From Eutreptiella sp. 'Long Island Sound 2002' (lineage: Eukaryota > Protista > Euglenida): a stretch of 64,000 nucleotides of DNA. The DNA lies in assembly GCA_964036045.1 (NCBI GenBank), contig OZ038378.1:171244001-171308000 (forward strand), given 5' to 3'. The notes beneath the pieces were generated by a model that searched no databases, had not been told where the DNA came from, and saw only the letters and a program-made list of their open reading frames with translations. This document shows positions 14,022-26,889 of this stretch, one piece after another; the stretch's first letter is position 1; every line of letters begins with the position of its first letter. The position numbers were made by a program, and so were the translations under genes.

Positions 14022-16573
14022 CTATGCAGCACACGGGAACAGGGTGAGGCCTGTGGGCATGCACGGTCATGCCCTGTAGGGTCGTTTGGACCTGGCAAAC
14101 CGCACCCGACTGACCCAACCACACACACAAGGAGGATGGTGGGCAGCGACAACGAAACTTCGAGGGCCCGGGGGAGTTGGGTGTCCGAGAAGAAATGGAC
14201 ATGCACACATTGACACATGGACACAAAACAGTTTGTGCCTCTGAGCGCGCGAAGTTTTTGGTGGATGACTTTGCTGAATAGGTCGGTCTCGTGAAGGGTC
14301 CATCAGCACTGTTTGTCTGCCAGCCACACATGTCCGACCTGACTTGAAATGGGCTTGTGGTACCGAGCGACCCCTGATGCCCTTGTGTCTTACCCACGGG
14401 GGGTTTGGGTTTCTGCCACACTGCTGAGTATTGATCACACTGGGTTTGTAAATGCTGGCACATGTGAAGTGGCACGGCTCTTGTGAGAGAAAGAGAGAGG
14501 TATGCTGTTTGCTCAACCTAATCAGAGGGATACTGATTGGTAGCTTATGACAAAGCACATTCCCAGATGCTGGTTGGAGATGCTCAATCCTTGCGGCTTC
14601 TTTTCCTGAGGTATTTCATGATGAATCTTGAAGTGTGATAGTGGAAGCTCTTGGGATGGCCTACACATTTGTTAGGTTGATTGCTTGAATGAGACCATTA
14701 TGCTTTCGCACAACAACGTGCAAATGAAGTGCAGTGGCCTTATCCACCATCTGGGTCGCTACGTGGAGCCACCAATGCTGACGATCTGAGGCCTAAGATC
14801 TGAAGCAAGTGGTTGTCTTGGCTGGCAGTAACTTTGGCAATACCAGCAACCAGTCCACAAACCGCTTTCCTCCAATTCTCCACTATTTGCTCCACACCCG
14901 CCATGTGCTGCTGGTCATTGTCTTCTTGACTAGATGGTAAGGTGCGTGTGACTGTGATATTTTGGTGAAATTACCATCTGCCCCTTTCAGTCTTTTTTTT
15001 GCAAGAAGCTCTGCATATCCCTCAGTAACAGTTGTTGTACACGATCCTATGCACTGATTAGCCTCTGCCTCTGTGTGCTAACAATGCTAACAATTTCAGA
15101 AGTTGTTGTGGCCGTGACTTGCACTTTGCATGGTGCCAGTGAGGCGTTGATTGAAGCAACCTGAATCACTCCACCTGTTGTGGATAGCCACCATAATGCA
15201 TTGCACATATTGTGTTCTTTACAAATGCATCTGATGGCGTCATGCAAAGAACACGAGCATCATTCGTATCACCTCCTCATGCACAACGATGTCCAAAGAG
15301 CTGTTTATTGCCGCTTTCTTGTTCCTACTACAATCCTTACAGAGTGTAAGCATTCAGAGCCTTTTGCAAGCTATGCAATGTGCTACTAATGCCCATCATT
15401 ACACAAGATTACGCAAACACAAATGGCACTCTGTCTATCCAGCGGATGACTCGCTGCACACAATGTGGGGACTGAGCTGGTTGCCCTATAGCATGCTGTC
15501 ATGGTAACGTGCCACTACTGTAATCTGCAATCTCCAGCTCCCAACTTGCCCTTTCCCCCTTTTTTTTATATGAATTGCGAACGGTGTTGCTATACCCTAC
15601 GACTATGTAACAAGTCTCGGGGGTAAGGGACTTGGTCCAGAAAGCAAACCTGAACGGCCAATCCTGCCCATAAAAACACGCATTGCCATCTACAGATGGC
15701 ACAAGACTACAAAGGCCCACACACTGCATGACCACCCCACACCCGACGGGAAGGATTACTTCAATGCACACAGGAGTATGATGTGTCCATCGAGTCTACT
15801 GTGTACCGTTGAGGGAGTATCCTCACCCTCACAATACAATCACCTTACACAAAAGGAAACAAAAAAACACCTGTTACATGACACAATAGGTCCATCCTTT
15901 CTAACATGGTAGACACGGGCTTCGATGGAGTCAAGCGCCAGCTCGGGGTCTAGCTGATTCAGCGGGCCAGCGTTTAACAAAATACTTCATGATTGAGAAG
16001 CAGTGGTCGACAGGGGAGTGGGTACCTGCTGCCCGGTCGCCCAGGACCACAGGAAAATTTAATCATGGCCTACAAAACGCTCGACAGCCACCAAGCGACA
16101 AACGACGGCGTTTGGTTCATCCTCCAACAGCAGTTGAATAGTAGGCGATAGCGGTTGGCGCTTACGTGGGAAGAAAATTGCTGGGGGTGGGGGTTGGGGT
16201 GGGGCACAGATGGCCCATTTCCTGAACTCGACCACCCCTGTGGTGCCCGTGCCATGACCCTTGCCCAGCCAGTGAAATGGGGCCTTGGGGGGGGGGGTAA
16301 AACGTCATTAAGGTGAGCTAAGCCAAAGTGAAACTAGAACCTCTGCCTGTTTGCGCGCGAGCCCCCCCCCCCCCGACTGGGAGTGGCGCACCCCTGCCAT
16401 TCCTCAGGCACGAACATGTCGGCACTCCACAGTGATTGCATTACTCCTGCAGTGCCATTTGGCCGTGTACCACTGATGCCGCCACACAATTTCGCCAACA
16501 ACACATCCGGCGTCCCTCTCACAAATGTCAACACCCTCCCTTCAAAAGAAGTGTGCAGTGAAGCAGACGCGAC

Positions 16574-16856
16574 CTTCTCCTGCCCAATCACACGCCCCAG
16601 CAGCTGCTGTTCCAGCCCCGTCATGGTCACAGTGAAATCAATGACCGTGCACTTGGCATAAAGCTCCGGGCTGAAGTTGGGACTGGGCAGCATCGAAGTC
16701 ATGTACAGTTTGAAGTCTTCATTGTACTCGTGGGGCTTCTCGTTGATGAGGATCTGCAGTGTCCGTCCTGCACGCACCACGACCTTCTCCAGCACCGGGT
16801 CCAGCACCGGGTCAATGTCCTCTGTCACATTTTCCACAATCAAAGCCAATCCGTCC
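16574..16856 (-). CDS. DNAH5: Dynein heavy chain exon, AAA5: DGLALIVENVTEDIDPVLDPVLEK...IDFTVTMTGLEQQLLGRVI
   Basis: Acceptor TCTCAG|G, donor AAG|GTCGCG; 283 nt, phase 2-0. Confidence 0.96.
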
Positions 16857-17923
16857 CTGAGAATCAGTACAATGGCAAGGCGGGTGGAAAATTGCCCCAA
16901 GGGGGGGAGGGGTCGTATGAGGCCCCCACGACCCCGGGCCCGAATGTCTGGCCCAGGGTGCTGGCGCTAAGTTGGGACGTGCCCTCCCAAAGCTGCATGG
17001 GTTCGGGCCAACAGCCGCATTTTTCTCCGCCCAAATTCCCCTCAAAGAAACGGCCCTAAAGGGGGCCCAGCGAGGCACAGAATCTGTGCAATTTGGCTGC
17101 AACTCCATTTTCATTCGTATCCATTCCACAGGGTGGTCCTTGGGCTGGAAACCACAAAACCAGAGAAAGTGGGAGGTGGGATGCCTCGACCTTGGTCTTG
17201 AGCCGTGTGGCCCAAGATATGACCCAAACTTGGTTTCGGGCCAAAGTAGCCAGCGCCGATCCCTAGACCTCCATACTACACCACACTTGGCCTGGCTGAG
17301 CCAGCGCACAGGCCCCCCCCTGGTCTGGGCCTAAATGGGTCCACCAACCTCCGACATGGGTCAACAGCGATTGTTTCCAAAGTTGTTCCCTGACCATTTG
17401 GGATGCCCTCATGTTGTGGTGCGTACTTTCTGCGCCGTGTGACGTGTTGTGCGTATTGTGTGAAACCCATACAATCGGGCAGTTGGGTAGGTCGAAAATT
17501 GCCCCAAATGGGGGAGGGGTGGTGTGAGCCTTTTGTTTCAACCCCCCCCCCCCGGGGGGGGTGAGACTCTTCTGTGAGGCCATTACAGGGCCAGACGGTC
17601 TACATGGGACCGACATGGGGACCAAAAACCAATCAAAAATGAAAATGGCATTTTTGGAATCAGCGCATCGAGGGGGGTCAGAAAAGTCGTCATTTGCCCC
17701 AAACAGTAGCCAAAGCCAAGGCCCCTGACAGAAGAGCCGCTTTTCCAGCTCCCCACCCCCTCCCCGGCGCAAACTCCGAATCCGGGAAGCGCATACGTCG
17801 ATGCAGAGGACGGCTAGAGTACGGTAGAGTGGAGTCTGAAGCGTTGGAACGGGGTGATGGCCAAAACGGAATCCTGCTGTGCTTGTTGCTTTAAGGGTAG
17901 AGGGCATCGGGAAAGGCACGTAC

Positions 17924-18174
17924 CGCAGCTGATCCCGAAGATGGTCCAAGAAGAACTTGTCGTTGAAATTGGATATCTTGCAGCCGTCGCCCTGCTCCTC
18001 TCGGGACCGAAGCCACTGCAGGCCCTGGCCCTGGGGATCCACCAGCAGCGGGTATTTGGACGTGCGGGTGATGATGATGCCATTCTGGACGGAGTGGTCG
18101 TCGGATGGCAGGCCTTCGATCTGCCAGTCGGTGATCTGTGACTCGTCGATCAGGAAACGGACGATATTGAGGTC
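17924..18174 (-). CDS. DNAH5: Dynein heavy chain exon, AAA5: DLNIVRFL...WQIEGLPSDDHSVQNG...YPLLVDPQGQG
   Basis: Acceptor CCGTAG|GAC, donor CG|GTACGT; 251 nt, phase 0-2. Confidence 0.96.
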
Positions 18175-18942
18175 CTACGGCCGTGTAGGAGGGGGTATTG
18201 GGGGAGCGGGGCAACGTTCGAGGCGGGGGGAGGCCAGTGTAGCCGAAGTGGGACGAAGCCCCGCGGTCAAGGTGCAATGACAGCGCAACGGAAGTGAAAC
18301 CACACGTGTCAAAAGGTGTCAACACATGTGACCGAGCGTCCAACAAGGGTCATCGAGTGTCACCATTACCCCTCGCGGTGGTGCAGCAGTTTGGACGCCG
18401 GATGCCGAGACTCAGACAATGGAATGCTTTGGTCATCGTGGCCGCCGGGGCGTCATGTGGGCATACTCAGCACCCGCCGAGCACTGCCGTGGAGTCGGGG
18501 TCCCCGTCAACGTCGGAAAACATGGGGGCATATGGAGGCATCTCCACAAGTGTCGGCAAACCCAACAGCACTCAACAACGATCCACTGCAGCAAAGTTCA
18601 GCAACGCTGTACAACACGCCACAACACTCACCCTCAACAATCATCAACAACCTGCGGTCATTCTCAACAACAATTCATGAAGCACCTGGTCCTGTCAAGT
18701 GCTTACCTTTTTGCAGGTTGAATCCTGTGGAAGGGGTCAGAGCGACTGCTGTCCCCAAGCTGGTGTTGGAATCCTGTGAGACTGGAAACCTCACCTTCGC
18801 AAATGGGACTACGAGAGCGTTTCCAGAGAGCAGGGGGCATTGTGGCAGGTTGCTACCATGTGGCACGACCAGTATCCAGTGCTGTGTCTCTTGTATGACC
18901 TGTTTGTCAAGGTTGGGCCGGAGGGGGGTGCTGGGGGGGGGG

Positions 18943-19035
18943 GGTTGGCACAAGGCCTTGGTATTTGATTGTTTGCCTTTGGCGGCGCCTATTGGCCTCT
19001 CGCCACTGCTCATTCTGACCCTCTATGGGCCTGAA
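18943..19035 (+). repeat. ~90-bp dispersed repeat, copy 1
   Basis: Near-identical to 25068-25160 (ggttggcacaaggcc...gcctattggcctct.ccactgctcattctgaccctctatggg). Confidence 0.9.
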
Positions 19036-19110
19036 CGGGCTGGGAGGGGGGGGGGAGTGGGTGATGGTCTTTTGGGGGGGAGTGGAATGACTGTGCTCTC
19101 CGTTCCAGCC

Positions 19111-19327
19111 TGGCAGCATTCTGTGGCGTTGCCCTACCTTGTGTAACTTTATCCAAAGGGCGTTGTGGTCCAAGTTGCTGGTGCAGGCCTGCATTTATGT
19201 CCTCATGGGCATGGTTGACTGCCGGGTTTGTGGACACAAAGAAACTGTGCAGCACGCGTTGTCCGATTGTAAGTACCATGTGGTAGCCTTTGATGCAGTT
19301 GTTGAGATTGTGTGCCATGCCATGTGA
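19111..19327 (+). mobile_element. Decayed non-LTR retrotransposon ORF2 C-terminal zinc-binding (zf-RVT-like) remnant
   Basis: W...LP / F.QRALWSKL.V ... CRVCGHKETVQHALSDC fits the CxxC-x3-ET-xx-H-x4-C pattern; it is frameshifted. Pattern recognition only. Confidence 0.5.
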
Positions 19328-20071
19328 TTGAAGCAGAAGGCAGTCGGGTGTATTTGATAGAGTCATGCCCGTTTTGTGCATTGCAGTTGTGAGCAGCATC
19401 TGAACTGCAGGAGGTTCATTGAGGACATTTCAGACAATGTGGACTTTTGTGGCCCACACCAGAGCAGGGCAAGGGCTGCAGGGTTTGGCCAAGCAGATTT
19501 GGATCGGGTGCACCGGTTGTTGGGTGACTCGTCTGCGTACCCAATGCAATTTGCGGAGGGGGGCGTAAAATGGGCGCAGGTTTTGCCGGTTGGTGCATGC
19601 AGCTTAACGCACTCGGTTGTATTTGTCGGTTTTGTCAAGGCGCGCCGCTTGGCTGCAAGTGTAGGGGGGTCATGGTTTTCAGGGGTTGCATCGGAATGCC
19701 TGTCCGACCACCCACGATTGCAGCCCTCTGTCCCCGCGGCATCCACTCCCCTGCCAGCGCTGACAGGCGTCGCATTCAGTCACTCCCACACCGTCAAATC
19801 TGGAGGTGTGTGTTTGTGGGGGATGGGGGGGAGGTGTTCTTCGACCGGTGTTGTGGATGCTGGACGCTTGGTGGCTTTGTCCGCTGCTACGGGCTTGGGC
19901 TTGGGGAAAAGCGGGATTTGGAAAGCTGCTTCCCCGACAGACATCCGCAACAGACGGACATCCGTGACAGAACGGACACCCGCACGCGACGGGACGGGAT
20001 CGGCGCGCGACGGGCCGGCATGCGCGGGCGCGACGAATGGACGTGCGCGCGCGACACCCAACAACGCAGAC

Positions 20072-20239
20072 CTCCGTCACTGCGATCTTCCGTTTCAACG
20101 CGTCGTTCAAGAAGTAGCTCGAGAACAGCAGCTGCCGGAATTCCGCGTTGAAGGGGCCGCAGTACGAAATGAACGCCGCCGAAAGTGCAACATCACCCAC
20201 CAAACGACGGATCATATCGCGGAACTCATTGGATTGTAC
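20072..20239 (-). CDS. DNAH5: Dynein heavy chain exon, CC2 end/AAA5 start: VQSNEF...RLVGDVALSAAFISYCGPFNAEFR
   Basis: Acceptor GCGCAG|GTA, donor GAG|GTCTGC; 168 nt, phase 0-0. Confidence 0.95.
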
Positions 20240-21054
20240 CTGCGCCGGGGGAAGGGGGGGGGGATGAGGCGCCGGGGGCGAGGGAACGTGACCCAGCTGG
20301 TCCAGGCGGCAGGAGGGCTCTGAGACGGCTCTTCAGGCACCCTGAGCGCGAGTGTAGCACCTGCGCAGCGCTTCCCTGCATTTGGGTGGTCGGATTTCCG
20401 CTTTGGGGGGGGGGGGGAGGGGGGTCACGGGAGTCCACCAAAACTGGGGAGAGGGGGGGGTCTTGGAAAAGGGCTCCCGTGACGGAGCCCGTGACGTCAT
20501 TATTTCCATCGGCGCCGGAGGGAAAATTGTGTCAACAACGGTCTACGTAACAAGGGCGATGCAATGCATGACCACCATATGTTGCCCCCCCCCGCCCCCC
20601 CACCACCATTCTGCCCCCCTGGGACCCCCCCCCCCCTTTCCCCTCCATTGAAGCCCAGGATGTTCCTGCGTTGGGTTTAGGGGGGTCCCGTCACGGGGGC
20701 CCTCTGCGGGGGGGAGGAGCGGGGGTTCCAGCCGCTGTTTCCTTTGCGCCGGATGATGCGGCGTCAAAATTTTCAAATCCAGCGGGTGCACGGGGGTGAG
20801 AGAACGGTAAATCCAGCGCAGATCCAGCGTCCACTGCCCACAAATCCAGCGCAAAGTAAACCGCCGGGGGTCCAGCCCCGGGGGCTCCAATGCCCCCCCC
20901 CCTCCCACCCCCTAAATCCAAAACCCGAGCACCCCTTCCCTCGCGGCCCCCCTCCGCTTCGCTGTGCCGCACGCCGCGCGGCTGTTCTTCACCCGGCGTC
21001 CCCAGTCGCGCCGCCGTCTCTGTCGCGCGCGCAGCGCCGCCGCAGCCGACACAC

Positions 21055-21353
21055 CGTCCAGCGGTCCCGCTCCCCCGACAGCGCGTCGATCAGGCCGTTG
21101 GCCGCCTCCATCCGCTTCTTCGTCCGCTCGGCGTCGTCCTGCAGGTCCTGCTTCTTCTTCTTCGCCGCGTCCAGGCGCGCCTGGCACTCGGCGGAGTCCT
21201 TCTCGACCTTCGCCAGCTCCACCTCTTTGCTCTGCAGTTTGGCGTTGGCCACGCGCAGTTTGCCCTCGGCCTCGCGCAGGGCCTCGATCTTGGGGGCCAC
21301 GAACTTCGCGATGTGATGGTACGTGAACATGGCCCGCACCCACGTGCACAGGC
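21055..21353 (-). CDS. DNAH5: Dynein heavy chain exon, stalk CC2: GLCTWVRAM...VAPK...ANGLIDALSGERDRWT
   Basis: Acceptor CCTCAG|GC, donor ACG|GTGTGT; 299 nt, phase 1-0. Confidence 0.96.
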
Positions 21354-22814
21354 CTGAGGCGGTGCGGGCGGGACATGCGACGGGGACGTACACCGAACGT
21401 GACGTGTCGTGCTGTCCGAGCGCCCCATTTGGGGGAATTACCACAAGTGCCCACCCCCCCCTCCCCCAGAGATGCATTGGAAGTGGGGGGTGGGTAACCC
21501 CCCATCCCCCCTTCAAGGGCCCCCAGCTCATGCCCAGCCACTGCCCCCCTGACGGCAAGTGCCAGCCTCAATGGCATTTGTAACCAACAGTAACCGCCCC
21601 CGACCGCTTTGGCAACCGCCTCCAACCGCCTGCCTAACCGCCCCTGGGGCCGCGTCTGAGGCCGCTTCCCTTCTAATGAATCCCTCCCCCCCCCCCCCGC
21701 CGCCAGATGCGTCAGAGGGGGTTACAGAAGGGGGGCTTCTGAGACCCAAGGATTTGTGCACCAAAAAAAAGGCCCGAAGAAAAAAAGCTTTTGTGCAAAA
21801 TCCGATGTTCCCTCCCGAGGGTTGTGCTGGTCTGGGGGATGCGTCGTCGGACCGGGGGGTACTGGCCATCAAGGCTCAGGGAGTGCGCCGCTTGATGCTT
21901 CCGGGGGTACGCAGTGGTTTGGGTCAGGGAGGGGGGGTGTCGACGTGTCGGCCCACAGACCGACCGACACAGAGCGTAGGACTGTCGTCCCTCGGCTCGT
22001 CGGTGCTGCTTCCCCCCGATGTTTCACATGAAGCGATTCCCAAGGCCGTGAAGTTTGGGGGGTGCTCACCGCTGCTGACGTGGGCAGTGTCCCACAGGGC
22101 CCGCGGGGGTGCGCAGCATTGGGCCTTTGGGGCAGGGGGACCTCCCCGCAGCCTTTCCATCCCAAAGCAGCCCCCCATCGCGCACAGCCGGGCCCCCGCT
22201 TTGACTGCCAGTGCACGTGGGCGCGTTCGGCATGTCTGGGGGCGTCGGAGGCCCAGGAAGGCTCCGAAGCAAATCCTCCAGCCGCCCCCCCTGCCCCGAA
22301 GGTTGAGGGCAAACCACGGCTTTGCGTTACCGGGGGGAGGGGGAGGGGGATGGCAGCCTGGGCCCCTCCGCCTGACCACCCCCCCCACATCAGAACGGGT
22401 TTCCTCAGGAAGTGCAATTTATCAAAAGGGCCCGAAAATGATGGTCGATTTCAGGTACACAAACTGTTTTTTTGCCTCTGACCCCCCCCCCCCCCGCCCC
22501 CCCGGTGCGGGTGAAACTCGCCACTAAGCCGTGGCCTGGTTGAGGGCCCAGCAGGTCCTACAAATCCCACCAGCAGCCCATAGCTTAGTGGCCCCCGCCC
22601 GCCCGCCCGCCCGCATCAGATACGAGTTTCTCAAGGGAAAGAAGAGGACTTATTAAAGCGGCCGGAAATTTGAGGCCGATTTTGGGTACACGAAGGGTTT
22701 TGGGGCCTCTGACCCACCCACCCACGCCCCGGGGGGTGAGTTCTGGGCTGCCCACCAGGACTATGGCGGCCAGGAACGCAGTGGCACCGTCACGGCCCCG
22801 GGCAGTGGACGCAC

Positions 22815-23022
22815 CTGCGACATTCCCGCACGCCTGCCTGGCGCGGTCGAAGGTGAACTCAGGCATGTTGAGGTACGGCAGCAGCAGTTCACAGGTCTCT
22901 CCATTGATCTCGTCCTTTTTGTCGCCGTTGAAGTCCAAGAGGGACGGCAGGAAGTCCAGCCGCGCCAGCATGGGCTTGCCGGCGTACTCCCACGAACTCG
23001 TCAGCATCCGGCTGCCCTTGAC
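22815..23022 (-). CDS. DNAH5: Dynein heavy chain exon, microtubule-binding domain: VKGSRMLTSSWE...ELLLPYLNMPEF...ACGNVA
   Basis: Acceptor CCTCAG|GTC, donor G|GTGCGT; 208 nt, phase 0-1. Confidence 0.94.
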
Positions 23023-24571
23023 CTGAGGACAAGGGGATGGGCACGCGCGTCCGGGGGAACAAGTGCGCTGTGCGTTGATGGGCGGGTGGATGCGCGTTGG
23101 TGGGGGTGCGTGTGCGTGCGCGTGTGTGAAGAGGGGCATCACAGTGCGAGGGCACGAAGGGCACGAGGGGCACGTCCAAGCACCGGCGGGTAGGAGGGCC
23201 AGCAGGTTTGAACATTTAGAAACACAGTCCAGGCGTCCAGGCACTCCCAGCGAGAAGGGGATTCCCATCTCCCAGGGAAGGCGAAGGGGAGGCAAGAGGG
23301 GGTTTCCATAAAAGCTGGTCACTGAGCTGCCGGGGCCAGTAAGGTCTTATAACCCTCTTTGAGGTTTAGGGTGGAGATACCCCTTTTGGCAGCGTCCAGT
23401 AAGCATGCGCAAAAATGGAAAAAATTGGGACTCCGTTCTAGTGACTTGGTTCCTGCCATAATGTTGGTGGCTCATGCCTCTGAGCATGAAGTTGGATCAC
23501 GCAAAAAATGATCCAAAAATCAACACCGGAGGCCGGATACGGCCCCACAAGTGCGGGTGTTGGGTTCCTGAAACTGTCCAAAATGGCCAAAAAAAAACCT
23601 TCTATTTTTGTTTTGCAGTTTATGGAACATCGAATGTATATGACGGGGGCCATTGGCATTGAAATCCAGATACTTTGGGGCATTGGTTGGATGCTTGTAG
23701 ACCCAACCAGCAGCATCAATGACCCCGTTGGGGGGGGGGGGGGGGCGGTAAAAAGAGGCCAAACACAACCCTACAAGTGAGCTACGATGGCTAGCTCTTG
23801 GAGACGCACCTTCTTTTGCCCACTCTTGAGTGCCACCAATTTTTGACCCACCTGGTCACCTCACCTGGTGACCCTACCCTAGCACATGCAAAGCGTGCCA
23901 CTCCATGATCCCAATGGGGCATTGAAGGGTGCTGATGGTGCGCAAGGGGGAATTTTTCCCATTGATCACTGTGCATCACCATAAGGGCCCCCAAGGCAAT
24001 ATATCTGCGAGAGCGGAAGGTGTGGGCCACTGCGCCAAATTGCAGCTAACTGTCCCCCTGCGTCCGTCCCCCCCCCTGCCGGCATGCAATCCTTCCAAGA
24101 GTGAAGTTTTGGAGGGTATTCTCCATGACCAATGCTGTGGGACCTGTACCACAGGGCTGTGGGGGTTTCGGATCATTGGGGGGGAGACAACGAAAAGGAA
24201 AGTGTGGGAGGCGACCATGTCAGGTTCTCACTGCTCGCATGATGTGAGGGGTCAAGGGGGGAGGGGGCTTCTTTGGTGTCGCCATAGCCCCGATGATGAT
24301 AATTGGACGGATTGAGGGGGACACGGGCGCATTGGGGGTAGCGGCGTGGGTCAGGCCCTGCAAGAGGGAGGGGGGTCTGTTCATCAGGACCCATCCACCC
24401 AGTCCAATTCGTCCATGTTGCGGCAAACGCCTCTCCCCCCTCTCCATTGCCCATGGCCTCTCAGTGCTGCTGACTGCCGCTCATGGCCTCGCACAGACTC
24501 TCACTGCGACTCATGGCCTTTTACTGCCTCCCACGCCCCCCACTCTACCGCACGGGGCAGAGTGTACGCAC

Positions 24572-24857
24572 CGTCTCAAAGTAGATGGGGCTGGGGTCCA
24601 GCGGCCCCTGCATCAAAATGACGACCCCATCGAAGATACGCTTGATCAGCTCCGGGGGCTTGGCCAGCGCCTTGAGCGTTTTGACGTCCCCGGGCGTGAT
24701 GGCGTCCAACGCGTTCTTGGCGTCCTCCAGCGCGGGCTGCGCGGCCTTCAGGTCCTCCTCGGCCTCTTTCTTGCCTTTTGACACGATCATGGCCTCGTTC
24801 TGCAGCACGTCCTTGACGGCCGCCACTTCCGCCTGCTTCTTCTGGGCCTTCGCAGTG
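24572..24857 (-). CDS. DNAH5: Dynein heavy chain exon, stalk CC1 into microtubule-binding domain: TAKAQKKQ...AQPALEDA..AL...KPPELIKRIFDGV
   Basis: Acceptor TCTCAG|C, donor ACG|GTGCGT; 286 nt, phase 2-0. Confidence 0.95.
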
Positions 24858-25067
24858 CTGAGAGCGCGGGGGGCAGTGCGACCTCGTGTCCGGACCGGCT
24901 GAGCTACGGCGCATTGCAACCCAACCGAAGGTTGATCTCAGTGCAACGAACAGCAACACGCGACCGTCGCGGGCGGTGACCGTGCAATTTGGAGAATATT
25001 GAGATGGGGCTCGATGCGTCGCGGGGTTATTGGGAGCCAGAGCCATGAGCACTGCAGAGCCTCGAGT

Positions 25068-25160
25068 GGTTGGCACAAGGCCTCGGTATCTGATTGTTTG
25101 CCTTTGGCGGCGCCTATTGGCCTCTCACCACTGCTCATTCTGACCCTCTATGGGTCCGAA
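25068..25160 (+). repeat. ~90-bp dispersed repeat, copy 2
   Basis: Near-identical to 18943-19035. Confidence 0.9.
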
Positions 25161-25787
25161 GGTGTTTTGGTTGTGTCAACGGAGCCCCTGGATGACTTGT
25201 CCTGTTTGACTACTGCAGGGTTGGCTGTCCCGGAGACGGGCTGTTCCCGTGCGGTTGACCAGGTGCATCCAGATGCACACTCCAAGTCCATGCTGGGTTT
25301 GCCGACTCCAACACTGACTTGTGCGCGCTGGGATGTCGGGAGGGGGGTCGATAGAGCCCTCCGGCCGGACCCCCCCCCGCCCCCAAAAAGGGCTCAATTG
25401 ACGTGACCCCCCAAAACCGACCTGAGGACGTCCGTGGTTCCAATGACGGTGGCATTTGTGTTTAAGGACACAAGGCCCCCGGTCAGTTCCGGCTACACAT
25501 GTATGTAGTGCCCCACCATGGCCTATCATTAGAACCACATGAGCTGAGGGGTGCCCAACAAGGGGACAAAATTAGAAGTGCATAACCCCTGCCAAAATAG
25601 GCTCCTCAGCTTCTTTTCGATAGTGATAATGGTGTCTGTCAATGGAGCCCTTTTCCCGTCCCCCCCCCAAGTTTTTGGGGGCTCTATCGACCCCCCCCCC
25701 CCCGGAAGTGAAAACCCGGCGCCCCCAATTGACCCGATACCCACCGGAGGTGCATCAGAGTGCATTGCCCTGTCGTCAATCCCCCCA

Positions 25788-25875
25788 AGGACGACGTCAA
25801 GTCAGCATGCCCCTTATGTTCTGGGCGACACACGTACTACAATGATTAGGACAGAGAGTCGCTAACTTGTGAAAG
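25788..25875 (+). pseudogene. ~90-bp plastid/cyanobacterial-type 16S rRNA fragment (likely NUPT) in an intron
   Basis: AGGACGACGTCAAGTCAGCATGCCCCTTATGTTCTGGGCGACACACGTACTACAATG matches the conserved 16S h34/h38 region (E. coli ~1185-1270). GTCAGCATGCCCCTTA is the plastid/cyanobacterial form. Confidence 0.85.
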
Positions 25876-26782
25876 CACGCATCGCCTCCCTGCAACAGGG
25901 CGGTCCTTACTGCAAAGGAACAACCAGGACCTCAACACTGGTCCGTCAGGAACTGCTGTCAGTTGCCGTCGTCGGTTGACCATCAGCTGCCGCCCGATGA
26001 CTGCCAGTCAGTCAACGGCAATTCTGCCGCCCAAAACCTCAGGCGGTCTTCGGTGAAGAAAATGTGGAAACGTCCCATTCCTCAAGAACGTCCTCAGGCA
26101 CGGGAAGGCGCCTCATTGCCCACCCTTCCCACACGGCGCAGTACGGTCCACCATCACGATGGATGCCACTGCCGTCCAGGCAAGACCCGTTGGTGGTGTC
26201 CCTCTCAACTGTTTGGAATCATCAAATCAAAGGTCCAATTGTCGTGGATGGGAGTCCCCGGGAAGCGTGCATCGTTACTTCTGTGTCCCCTGCCGCGTCT
26301 TTTTCGCAAAGGGAAGACGGTGTAGATATCGATCGTGCATCTACTCAGCAACAAGTCACCTTGCGCGGAACGCGTGGTTGTGTGTCATGTCATCCTGTGA
26401 ACATCGCAGCTTGGGCTTGACTGGAATTGATTGCCGTAGGAAGGGAGGGTAGTTAACGCTCAACTGACGGCTGCTGGCGGTTGAACCGGAGCAGCTGGCG
26501 AAACAGAATCGTCAGGCATTGCAAGCAGCCCCCCCGTGACCGCCGACCGCCTGCTGGGAACAGCATTTTTTGCAAATCCGATCCAACACTATGGCCCATG
26601 AGAAAGCATTTGTGTGTTTCAGTACCCTCAAACGCAGGCTGTGTCCGCGGGGCTGTTTGCAGACCCCGGCTGCATGTGCAGTGTTGAAGCCTCAGAGGGA
26701 GACCCGCAACTGAACAAGCAAATAGGTCAGGCGGTGCTTGGGAACCCCCCACCCCTTCCGGGCCCCCGTTCCCAACCAGCAC

Positions 26783-26889
26783 CTGTCCGTGATCTCCACC
26801 AGCAGCACGTCTGTCTCTTTGGAGGCCTCCTGCAGCTTGATCTCCTTCTGCCCCAGTTCAATCTTCATCATTCGCACATCCTCTCCCGC
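26783..26889 (-). CDS. DNAH5: Dynein heavy chain exon, stalk CC1: AGEDVRMMKIELGQKEIKLQEASKETDVLLVEITD
   Basis: Acceptor CCGCAG|GCG, donor AG|GTGCTG; 107 nt, phase 0-2; heptad pattern in register with DNAH5 'ASESVAALSKEL'. Confidence 0.92.

Noticed and set aside
25788-25875. Real rRNA gene or bacterial contamination
   Set aside because: Only ~90 bp, embedded between in-frame dynein exons, with no flanking rRNA sequence.
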